A DNA stretch of 64,000 nucleotides from the NCBI GenBank assembly GCA_904063045.1, contig CAJFCJ010000007.1:1867404-1931403 (forward strand). The letters are read 5' to 3'. This stretch comes from Dimorphilus gyrociliatus. Taxonomy: Eukaryota > Animalia > Annelida. This document shows, one piece after another, positions 13,262 to 24,859 of the stretch (positions are counted from its first letter, which is position 1; each line of letters begins with the position of its first letter). The position numbers and the translations under genes were made by a program. A model generated the notes under the pieces. The model saw only the letters and a list, made by a program, of their open reading frames with translations, was not told the DNA's origin and searched no databases.

Positions 13262-15217
13262 ATGTTGCAGTGCATATCTGTCTCTAGTGCGGCGCTAGAA
13301 AAACAACAGCAGCAGGTGAGTGGCGCAACTGTAAATGCTCCTCCTCTCATTACACTTTACAATTAGATATTAAAATATGAGGGTTGGTTATGTTGAGAAT
13401 GGGGCACTCGGTTGGTGCTGCCGCCAAGCGTCGGCAGAGTAAACTAGACGCGTATCTTGTATTGTGACGCTTTAGTGCAGAGACGGCGACGTCACAATGA
13501 TGGTTAGCGTCAGTTGCGAGCCCACTTGAATATAAACTTTATCGAATATTTTTGATTTTGCAGGACGTGTGCGTGTCTGGTTCGATTATACGGCCATCGA
13601 CCGGACAACTGGATCCAATCAGCTGCGCGGAAGAGATGCAGGCGATGGAACCACCGGACGGTGCCGATGTTCCTCCCGATGTTCATGAACCGCTCAATGG
13701 CGAGACGAAGCCTGATCCAGCAAAACTCGCCCAAACTGCCATCATCAAGCAAGTGCGTAAGCTACTGGCGTTTAAATGTTTTCCTTTTTCCTGCCTTTTC
13801 CGAATTGCTGCTGTATGCACGAGATGACGCGTTGCAGAGCGCGTCGATCGATAGACGCCGCATGACGCTTCTGGCGCGATGCTTCTGCGTTGTGTGGCTT
13901 TCTCGCTTTTCCTTTATATTATAAAAATTGGTAATATTTTTCGACAGGACGTCATGCTGTCTGGATCGACCGCCTCGCAATCACCAGCCCCTTCGTTGAC
14001 CGTTAGTGGAAATGCATCAGCCGTTAACGCACTGGTCGATAGCGGTCTTTTTGTATCTGTACCGTCTAACGACCTAGAAACAAAACTCGAGTCGTCCAAT
14101 ACGAATACTTTACTCGGTCAGCCACAAGTTGCTCCTCAACTGATTGTTACAGGAGGAGGTGGTGGCGGCGTTCAACATCTTCTCATTCCAGTCTCTACGT
14201 CAAACGGAACCCAACAGTTACTATCAATACCTATATCCTTGCCGTCAGGTTCGTCCGGTTCACATATTCAACTGCTCGCCACGTCAAATGGTCAATTATT
14301 GGCTGCCAATATTCCAAATGCTCTTGGGCTGTCCAACGGCGCATCAACAACGACAACTTCTTCTACCGGACTGACGCAAATCATAACCAACTCTCATGGT
14401 CAACTTCTAGCCGTTGCTGCTCCCTCTAACGGCACTTCTCATGCTTCTTCAGCTTCTTCCACCTCTTCCACGTCTTCGACGAACGCCCTCACACAACAAG
14501 TCATTTCAACAATCTCGCAAGGGGCTCTTGCCTCTAGCGCCTTACCTCCTAACGTTAACCAGTTATTACCCAATACTATTTCAAACTCTACGGAATCGAC
14601 AACAATTGATGGCATTAATCTGGACGAAATAAAGGATTTCGCGAAAAAGTTCAAGATTTGGCGCCTGTCTATGGGGTTAACTCAAACACAAGTTGGTCAG
14701 GCTCTAAGTGCCAGGGAAGGTCCAGCTTATAGTCAATCGGCAATATGCCGTTTTGAAAAACTGGACATAACGCCGAAAAGTGCTCAGAAAATAAAGCCAG
14801 TACTTGAACGGTGGATGACTGAGGCCGAAGAACGCTACAAGAACGGCATGCAAACGCTCACGGAATTTATTGGCTCCGAGCCGTCTAAGAAGCGAAAACG
14901 ACGAACGAGTTTTACGCCACAGGCGCTCGAAGTTCTCAACGACCACTTCGAACGAAATACTCATCCGTCAGGTATATTTGAATTACTGATTACCCATGTA
15001 CCAATAAATGATTAAAGAGAAAGCATGAAAAACCATAAAATAGAATTTTCAAAAATTTTGATTATCAATAATTAACAATGTCACAGGTGCTGAAATGACT
15101 GAACTTGCTGAAAAGTTGAACTACGATCGTGAAGTTATTAGGGTGTGGTTTTGTAACAAACGGCAGGCTTTGAAAAATACAATAAAGAAACTGAAAGCAT
15201 CCGAAGTAGCACCCTGA
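13262..15217 (+). CDS. POU6F: Class VI POU homeodomain transcription factor (POU6F1/2, pdm3-like), 4 exons
   Basis: POU-specific domain GLTQTQVGQAL...AYSQSAICRFEKLDITPKSAQKIKP; homeodomain RKRRTSFTPQAL...RVWFCNKRQ spanning the last intron. Confidence 0.95.
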
Positions 15218-16413
15218 TAAGAGATTCGATATACGAACGTCGTGGCGTCTCACACAATACTAGTCAAAATTATCTCTGCAGTTTCGTGTTCTGCTATTTA
15301 TTTGCCATTCTCTCGAGGACGAAATATTTCTCACGTTCGTAAGTGTTCAGGAAAGAATTGACCGACATGAGAAATGTTGTGCGTTATTAGCTAGATTCTT
15401 ATTTTTTATACAATTATTCTACATGGTTTTCGTCTTAATTTCATAGAATGTTTTACTTCTATTAATTCGCCAAAGTGCTACGCTTTTACGTATTGGTTTG
15501 TTGATTTTATTTGATTGTTTCTTTTCCTTTGCATGAGTGTATAATCAATGAAGAAATAATGAACATTAGCATAACCTATGTACATTTAATAGTTCTAAAT
15601 CATTTACTGAACGGGGCGATCCAATCATGCATTCGCACATCCAGGCAGTAAAGAGACTAAATATACTGTAATATACTTAATTCAACTTGGTCTTTTTCGC
15701 CTAAACTGTTTATGTAACTTAAATAATCTTTATTTGATAATGGCTTCTTTCTAGCTGACTGATTTGGGCAGGTAAGTTGGAAGGAAGAGAGTCAAAATTT
15801 ACAGTAATCTCATCTTAGTTTCTCCTATGGACAAGGGATCAATTTTGTCGATTGGAATTGTTCTATAAACCATAAATTGTTTTTAACAAAGCTGAAAAAT
15901 TAAGCTTGATTGAGGACAGTAAGATAACAAATCTGGATTTGTTGTTATATCAATCTGTCCATGTAAACTAATTTTGAAGAAACTTATAATAAAGTTCCTG
16001 AAACAATTTAAATTTCTTTTAGCAATTCCTTTGCGCAATACTTATTTCAATATCGGGAATATATCAATGATTGCGAGACTTAAAACTTAAAAAAACCAAA
16101 CAAGTGAAAATTCTACATTAGAGCATTGAGAATTTCAATTGAAACAACTTTTTATATCAAAATAGCCTCGATATTAAGGTAAGTAAAATGCTGATTGGTC
16201 GAAATTTTGCCTGGCATATGTAGACTATTCTCAATAACTTATATCCTAGGTTTCATAGAGGAAGCCGTAACCATATTAGTAGGATAAACGTGTCGCCAGC
16301 GTGTCGTTGTTAGTGCGGCCCTGCTACCGAAACGTGTTATCATTATAAAACGAAGACGTTGGCAGGAATCGTCAAAGATACTAGCAATCGGATAGACTTT
16401 GCGAATAATAAAA

Positions 16414-17690
16414 ATGTACAAGCTATTTTGGAAATTCCTCTTTCTAACTGTTCTCATCTTACCAATAACAGTCAATATAATAGGATTTGAGAATGGCAAA
16501 ATGATTGCTTTCGCCGAAGAAGACAACCTCGAAGGAGAAGACGGGGAAGAGGCCAGTGTAGAATCAGATGAACCAGCAGCTACAGAAAATGAGCCGACGG
16601 ATGCAACTGCAGCAGAACAAACAGATAAAGAGGAGGAAGAGGAGGAAGAAAAACTAAAACCGTCTCCTGACGCCGAATCTTCCATATTATTCGTTACACC
16701 TACTTCAACAGATTTACCGGCTGGAAAGCCAGTCCGAGTTTTGGTTGGCTTAACCAACAATGGTGACAAAAATTTCATTGTTGATACAATTGATGCGGCC
16801 TTCCACTACCCGCAAGACTACTCTTACTACTTTCAAAATTTCACCGTTGTTAAATATGATTCAGTTGTAGAGCAAAATAAGCAAATGACTTTCGACTACG
16901 TCTTCACTCCAAGTGATTCTTTCAGTTCTAGACCGTTTACTTTAACTGTTAATCTCAACTATAAAGATGCGGTAAGTGCTGCTCAAGATACTATTCGTAT
17001 CCTTCAGTAAAGGCAAGCTGTTGTCTATTTAGACAGTCTTGTAAGAACATGGAGGAATAATAATCATTTATCCATTGCTTTTTCTTACTGGATGTGTGGA
17101 ACAAATTTATTAATATTCTTTATTTTTCAGGACGGAAAAGTCTTTCAGGATGCTGTCTTCAATGAAACGATTACCATGGGTGAGCCTGACGAAGGGTTGG
17201 ATGGCGAAACGTAATAACACTATCAATATGCTCCCTTTTGATTTATAATATGAGGCAATTTCAGATTTTTTTTGTACGTCTTCTTAGCAGCGATGGTCGT
17301 TTTAATGATTGTCGGAATCCAACAATTGCTCATCTCTTTTGGCAAAAAGAAACATTTGCTTAAGCCCAAACGTAACATAGTAGAAACAGGGACGCAAAAA
17401 GCCGATGTTGACATGGATTGGATCCCAAAACAATCCCATATGAGTAAGTTTTGCTTGACAAACGGTCTTGTTCAAAGCAAGTTACCAGCGGAAAGAGATT
17501 TTAAAAATCTCTCAACCTCCTTAGAAACTTGCAAAATAGAGAGGATTAGTTTGACCGTCATTGTATAATGTATTTTACTTGATGGTTAGGAAATCCTAAC
17601 AAATCTATATTTAACACAGAAAAATCACCCGGTCGATCGCCGAAATCATCACCAAGACAGCGTAAAAGGGGAAATGCCGAGAATGCTTAG
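16414..17690 (+). CDS. SSR1: Translocon-associated protein alpha, 4 exons
   Basis: Signal peptide, acidic stretch, PSPDAESSILF...LPAGKPVRVLVG...YYFQNFT, TM helix, VETGT...DMDWIP and a basic C-terminal tail. Confidence 0.95.
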
Positions 17691-17898
17691 TAATTTATAT
17701 ATCGATCACTTTGTGACTGCTGTTGTGCGCGATAAATTACGTTTAATAGTTCCTATTAATGGTTGAAATTTAAAAAATAAATATTAAATTAAGAATAAAA
17801 CTGAATTTTTGTTTTAACCGGTCACAAAAAACCGGTTTGGTACTGATTAATATCATTAATATTAAAATAATAAACGGCGATCGTTGATTGGTTGGACA

Positions 17899-17906
17899 TG
17901 ACGTCA
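17899..17906. promoter_or_regulatory. CRE (TGACGTCA) with an adjacent CCAAT box upstream of CYHR1
   Basis: gattggttggacatgacgtca, about 50 nt upstream of the ATG at 17953. Confidence 0.5.
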
Positions 17907-17952
17907 GCAAAACAATCCCAGCTGACTATTGCAAAACATTTCTAACGCCAGC

Positions 17953-19680
17953 ATGGAAGAAATAAGTATTGACGATAAAACGACGGAGGAAGAACCCGTC
18001 ATAAAAAAAGCTAAATGCGTAGGAGAGGAAAGGAAAGTGCCACGTCTTGAGGACAGGTTGAATGGGATTTTATGTTGCGCTGTTTGCTTGGATTTACCAT
18101 CAACGCAAATTTTCCAGGTTGGCTGACCCAATTTCCGACCAAAATTGATAATAGTTTCTTTCATAGTGTTCTTTCGGACACCTTATGTGTGCTTCCTGCT
18201 ATACTCACCTCTTGGCTGATGCTCGCCTTAAGGACGAGGGAGCAACATGTCCTAATTGTCGATGCGATATCAGCAAAACAGCCTGTTGTCGAAATTTGGC
18301 TGTGGAAAAAGCCATATCAGAACTACCCGACGATTGCCCACATTGCGGTCAGAAATTCTCCAGATCCGAACTCGACCATCACGTGCGGAGCACGTGCGCC
18401 GACAGGTTCGTCCCTTGCTGGCTTGCATTTCAACCTTAAGCGTAAGATTAAGTATCGCGTAATGTGATGAATGCATTGAATGGAAAAGCTGGTTGCCTTG
18501 TCGAAGATTGCACTGTTCAACAATATATATTAGTATATACATATTTTTATTGCTTAAAAAATCAACTATTTCAAGATAATAGTAAACACAAAGGTGATGA
18601 ACTGTTGTATTGGTCTTACTTAGCCTTATCTTGGTAAGTATTTCAAGTTAGAAAAAGTAAAGCGGGGTGGGGCAGCTGGGGTGCGCCTGTTTAGGTTAGC
18701 TAAGTTAGGTGAAAGGCTAGGTAAAAGCAATTCAACAAATCTCACCAGATATATTCAAACAAACATCTAATGATCAAGATGAGTGAAAGAAGGATCGATT
18801 GATTGGAAGCAAAGAATTTGAATTTTCATGCCACTTTATTTCTGTTGCAGCGGGGTGGGGTAAGACGTACGTTATGCCCTATACAAAAAATTTATTCCAA
18901 TTGGTAAGTTGCGATTTTCTCTAACAAATGAAAAGCCTATTTTCTCGCGGTTGAATTCGCTTAAATTTTCTAAAATTTTACTAACTATCATTTTATTAAT
19001 AATTCTAATTTTAACAGACCAGTTGAATGCAAATACTCTCAGCTTGGTTGTTCATGGTGTGGACCTTGGCACGAACTGGAAGTGCACGTGTCAGAATGTC
19101 CCCACCCAAAAAAATCCGGAGAGGATATCCTTCCAGCATTACAGCTTATTGAACGAGATAAAGACCAGCAAATCGAAGTACTCAACAGTATCGTGAGAAT
19201 GTTATCCTATGAAAGCGTATCGTTTTGTGGTTTGTAGTTTAATAATTCTTACATTACTTGATAGAATGTTTTTGTAATTTAACAGATATACAACTGAGAC
19301 CTTTCAGGTCTGAAGACTTTTTGACGAAATTATTTTATGAATCAAGTCGTTTTACAGCTTTGGAAAAACAGTGGGTAGTCAAAGCTAATGTCAATGACAA
19401 CCAGAAATACCCAGAAAGAGTCATTAATCGCCGCTTATGTATTCAACTTGTCATTAAAACAAAACTTACCGCTTCTTTAACTATTTACTACTTTCTTATA
19501 CCTGGACCTCATAGCTCAGTGAAAACTATGAAAACAGATTTACGCAATTTCGAATTTGGACCCGAAGCTGTGGAAACTCCCTTCACTGAACTCTCCTTAG
19601 TTGACAATGCTGAAACTAACAAGTTATTGGCAGCAAAGACTATCAATTTTCGGATCGTTCTAATTCAAGTTCCAAAGTAG
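17953..19680 (+). CDS. CYHR1: Cysteine- and histidine-rich protein 1 (RING / TRAF-type zinc finger), 4 exons
   Basis: [18 protein letters not shown]|[11 protein letters not shown]...ATCPNCR...[13 protein letters not shown]; last exon ends [12 protein letters not shown]. Confidence 0.92.
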
Positions 19681-20035
19681 TACTTGACCAGCTCTGGACT
19701 GTTGCTTTTGCTTATGTTTTCTTTTGTATGCACCTTGCTTATTTGCATAATCGACTCAATCTGGTTTGCTAGTTATATATGTATATTTGAAAAACCTAAA
19801 CTAATTGTTAATAATTAGTAAAGCTGTAGCATAACTAACGAAAAATTAACATTTATCGCTTGAGCAATACAGTTAATGAATATAATATAAGATAATATAA
19901 TGTAGGTTTCTATGTTTGACATTCAATATATGTAAAATATAGTGACTAAAGGTACAATAAGTTGGATTGCAAACAATAACAAATCTAGAGAAACTGGTAT
20001 AAATCGCGAATACCAAATTTCGAAATCGAATATTC

Positions 20036-20045
20036 GCGCATGCGC
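20036..20045. promoter_or_regulatory. NRF1-type site GCGCATGCGC upstream of macoilin
   Basis: Exact palindromic consensus about 160 nt upstream of the ATG. Confidence 0.5.
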
Positions 20046-20202
20046 TTGAGAATTTTCTTTAGAACGGTTAGATACAGATCAAGCTGCTTGTGAACAACCC
20101 TTGATCAGTTTCTAGCGGAAAACTTTTTAACTACAAATTTATTTGACTTAATCGTACAGCTCACCGATTTTTCTAACTTTCGATCGCACAATTTTCATGA
20201 CT

Positions 20203-22102
20203 ATGAAACGGCGAAATGCCGAATGCGGCAAACTACGTCGGCCGCTTAAGAAGAGTAAAATAACAGAAGGTATATATGGCAGGTAATGAATGATAATTAT
20301 GAGCTGGATGAACCACTGAATTTCGTACTTGCAGCACTTTACTTTATGTAAAATTTCTTCTCGTTTGGTCATTTGTACTGATGGCCGATTACATAATTCA
20401 ATTTCGATTCGAGTATCTTTGGCCATTCTGGCTACTCTTGCGAAGTGTACATGATTCGTTCAAGTATCAGGGGCTGGTAAATCTTTAAAATGCTTAGGAT
20501 TATAAGATTACTTGTAGTATATTTATATAATCAGGCTTTCTCCGTTCTCTTCGTTTGCATCGCCATCACCTCGGACGTCATTTGCTATCTTTTCATACCA
20601 GTTCAGTGGCTCTTCTTTGCGGCTAGTACCTACGTTTGGATACAGTACGTTTGGCACACAGACCGCGGACTTTGCTTATCAACTGCCTCGTTATGGATCA
20701 TATTTGTATATTTCGAAGCATCCTTCCGACTTCGAGAAGTCAATGTTCGACATATTCCTTTTCATCTAGACTTATGTCGACCCTTCGCAGCTCATTGTAT
20801 TGGGTATCCGGTGGTAACCCTTGGCTTTGGTTTTAAAAGTTACGTTTCTTATAAGCTTAGACTTCGGAAGCAGAAGGATGTACAGAAAGAGAATGAATTC
20901 TTTTTCGAACTCCTACAACAAGCTCTTCCCGCTGAACAACAAGCCCTAATAGAAAAGCAAAAAGCTGCTGCTGCTGCTGCCCTCCTCACCAATAATAAAG
21001 AGGAAGTGATATCGAATGTCACTCCTTCGACCCCTCAAACTCGCAAAGCATTAGCAACTACTGATGCAACTTTTATTGAACAGAGAGATTACTCGGATAA
21101 GAAAAAATCATTAAATGACTATGAGGAAGAAAATGCTGTTAACGAAGCTAAATCTCTAAAATCTTCTAAGACTAACAATAAATTAAATTCTAATAGTAGT
21201 TCGTCAGCTACCACACCATCGTCATCTAACTCATCAGCGTATTCAAGGGGATCCAGTAAAGGAAAGTCACCACCCTCAAAGGATAACAAAGACGAATATA
21301 TTAGTCGATTAGAAAATGACCATCGTCAATTGCGTAGCGACATTCAACGATTGCGTAGCATTGAAGCAGAATTGCGAAGTAAGTTGTTGGAAATTTCCTC
21401 CAGCGAAAAGCAATATAAAGCAGAAGCGGACCAACTGAGACACGATAATGATTCGTTACAAACAAGACTCCATCATCTTGTAACCTCTCGACAACAAGAC
21501 AAAGTGACCATAAATGGCCTCCAAACAAAACTTTCTGAAGTTTCTAAACAAAAGCAATCTGTAGAGGCTAAAGCAGCTCAACAGAAGTCTGAATGCAATA
21601 ACGATAGTTGTAGGCAAAAGAAGAAGGAACTAGATCAGGATCTAAAGATTGCAAAAAAAGACTTGAAGCTCAAAGAAGAACACGTGAAACAACTAGAACA
21701 AGATATTCAACTGTTGCAACTATACAAAGAGCAGCAGTCTCAATCAGAGGACTTAGCATCTAAAATTAATTCTTTAACACAGACCAACTCTATTTTACAA
21801 GATACTTTGCGTTCAGAGACGCGTGTAAAACTGGATTTGTATTCAGCAATGGAAGGAAAACAGAGAGAGATAAAGACTTTAAATGGTGATACAATGTATA
21901 TTCTGTTTAGGTTTATTATTTGACAACTTTGACTATTTCAGATGATATTATACAAAGAAATCGGCTTATATCAAAATTAGAGTCTCGGATGGCTGAAGTT
22001 ATGGCTTTAGCTCCAGCTGCAACACCAGTAACATCATCCTGGCCATCAGCTATTCCGGCATCAACATTAAATCCCCGAGCTTCTGATTATATGCCAGAAT
22101 AA
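20203..22102 (+). CDS. MACO1: Macoilin (TMEM57), 4 exons
   Basis: MKRRNAECGKLRRPLKK N-terminus; FRFEYLWPFWL; DLCRPFAAHCIGYPVVTLGFGFKSY; long coiled coil with SETRVKLDLYSAM. Confidence 0.95.
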
Positions 22103-22285
22103 CCATCTAATCGGAATATTTTGTGCGATTATTCTCCTTTAATATATTTAAATGTTTATGATAATGTCAATGTGCTTGCACACAACTCGTAAAAATGACG
22201 CTAGTCGTTATTATATTTTTGTTGTGAACTACGTGAAAACAAACAGAAATGTAGTAAGTGTCCTACATGGGAAAAATACAAGGGC

Positions 22286-22756
22286 TTAATATTTTTTAAG
22301 AGTTTTTTTTATCAGAGCCATTCGTTGCCTATGAGCTTCGGCAGTTGGAGCTTTGCGAACTGATTTTATGTCGTCTCCGCTGTATCCTGGAATAAACATA
22401 TGATAGCTTCTTTCTAAGTAGATAAGAACATCTTTCACGTCCAAGCAATTGGATTTCCGATGTTTGGCCAACTGGCAACTATGTGTGACAACATTTTCTA
22501 TAAAATCATCTGCAATCTGCAGAAGCGCTTCCTCGGCTTCTTCATCTAACTGGGCATTAGGATCAACACGACGAACGAGATCAGATAGTCTTCTCTTATC
22601 AAGCAGATTCAATTCAGTTGTCTGATGCGGCTTAAAAGCCGTAGTTTGTGCAACTGGCTTAGTAACGTTCGAAGATGTTTCTAACTTCAAAGGCGGTATT
22701 ATAGATGGATTTTGAACAGGCATTTTGACTGATGTATTCATTTTCGCTGGTTCCAT
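22286..22756 (-). CDS. TAF12: TFIID subunit 12, CDS intronless
   Basis: Histone fold LLDKRRLSDLVRRVDP...IADDFIENVVTHSCQLAKHRKS...TAEAHRQRMALIKKTLKK. Confidence 0.96.
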   Translation of the reverse strand: MEPAKMNTSVKMPVQNPSIIPPLKLETSSNVTKPVAQTTAFKPHQTTELNLLDKRRLSDLVRRVDPNAQLDEEAEEALLQIADDFIENVVTHSCQLAKHRKSNCLDVKDVLIYLERSYHMFIPGYSGDDIKSVRKAPTAEAHRQRMALIKKTLKKY

Positions 22757-22841
22757 TGTCGCCGGAAACACTAAGCGACCTCTTTATTTCAACTGGTAAA
22801 TAAAAGTAAAACATTCCTAGTTTGCACATAAAAACTTTAAC

Positions 22842-24317
22842 ATGAATGCTATATTATTTTTTTGTGTATTTATTGTCGTTCCTTTGACATTATCTGTATG
22901 GTTCGCTAATGTTTATTCTTATGTTTTTCATGAGGGTTCAGGTGTTGCACCTGCGTCACCATTTAGGGTATGTCTGGCCATCCTTCTACCTATGATAATC
23001 GTTCGTAACGGTCTGAAAAAGAAAAGTTTAGGTACATCTGGAGCTGTAGGGAGTCTCATAGTCGGTTTTATAATGACAATTAGCAATTATTGTTTTATGG
23101 CTGCACTCCTTACATTTTTTTATCTTGGCTCAAAAGCCTCCAAATTTCGAGGTTCCATAAAAAAATCTTTTGAAGATGATTTCAAAGAAGGAGGCCAAAG
23201 AACCTGGATTCAAATTGTATGTAACGGTGTTGTTGCCACACAGTTGGCGTTATTCTATGTACTTGAAGAGGGGTGTTCTGAAATAATTATTGACTTTAAA
23301 AATAAATACACAAGCTCTTGGTTAGCTATTGGTGTTGTGTCTTCTTTGTCATGCTGGTAGGTTGGTACTTTGGAGACATCCAAAAATTTGTTATGTTCTT
23401 TTTATAGTTGCGGAGATACTCTAGCCTCTGAGATAGGAAGTGTAATGTCATCTAATAGTCCTCGACTTATTACAACATTTAAAAAAGTTCCTAGAGGCAA
23501 GTGACATCATATATCATCTTATATAACATTTTAATTTTAGAAATTTATTAGGTACCAATGGGGCTGTGTCTGTTATTGGATTAATCGCTAGTGCATTAGG
23601 TGGTAGTCTAGTTGGTTTGGCCTATTACATTGCCATTTTACTGACCAGCAATTCAAACGTACTTCGAAGTGGACCTAGACAATACTATGTAATTATTGTG
23701 TCCACTATAGCCGGCCTCTTTGGCTCTCTTGTAGATTCCTTACTGGGCGCTACATTGCAGTATTCAGGTATGAGTTTACGAATTAGTTGTATATCAAAAG
23801 CGTTTCTCTTCTCATCTTGCTAAGCAAAAAGAGTTTAGAAATGATTGTAAACTTTGTTCTACTTTCAGTTCATTTTTTCTTTTACATTCAAAATTATTCT
23901 GAATTTAGAATGAAACTATGATTCGACTTTATTCTTTTCAAAAAATATTTATACTAACTTAATATCAACTGAAATATAGAAAAAAGTCAACTTTTTCATT
24001 TTACTAGATGCTTTTACAGGTTTCTATTTTTGAAGCTTGTTAATTTCAATTTTAGTACTCTTCTGTTCATTTCACCGGATATCCGCCAAGAAATCTATTT
24101 TCATTACTAAATGCAATTTCACGTTTCACCATCTTAATTTTCAAAAATATTTTTAGGAGAAGACTTGACCAATGGTAAAATTGTATCCGTTCCGACTAAG
24201 AGGACTAGGCATATATGTGGTCTATCAATATTAGACAATCATGCCGTTAACTTACTTTCATCTCTTTTAACTGCCTTGGTAATTCCTTATACTGCTTTCT
24301 ACTTGTGGGCCTCTTAA
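22842..24317 (+). CDS. TMEM19: Transmembrane protein 19 (DUF92), 4 exons, intron 2 is GC-AG
   Basis: KEGGQRTWIQIVCNG, GDTLASEIG, GTNGAVS, GSLVDSLLGATLQYSG and LDNHAVNLLSS. Confidence 0.93.
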
Positions 24318-24859
24318 TGTGAATGAATTCAACTGGAAGATAATTTGACAAGAGAATAACTGTTCAATGGTATTTGGATTGTAAAGTAAATTTTTGCAAA
24401 CTGTTTGAAGTGTATACTTTTTCAGTTATCTTTTTATTACAGTATTGGTGATGTCTGTATGAAACACATCTATTTCAACTTGAAAAGTCTTTTATTTATA
24501 AGGACTGTTGAAAACTATCAATTCAACACTGAGGATAGTTTGTACCTAACCGGAAAAACTTTCTAAATACTAAAACAGAAATGTACAATTTCAATAGGTA
24601 TGCACTTCTAAACAAACTGTACGCGTACATTCGACAATGACATCTACCTTATTTTCTGCCTTTGAGTCAGTTGATAAGAATTTAGACGCCATCTGCATTA
24701 GTTTATAAAAAGAGATTTTCAAGTGGTATAGGTTTTCCCATGTGTCCTTGACTCAAGGTCGAATTTCAATCAATTCTTTCCGCGTGTCGCCTAACCGCTA
24801 ATCGTATTTATATGTAAATGCAATGGAAAAAAGCACTAAAATGTCTTAAAAAGTAAGAT

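Noticed and set aside
18594-18660. C-box-like GTGATGA in the CYHR1 intron (possible snoRNA)
   Set aside because: No D box (CTGA) or terminal stem at a suitable distance.
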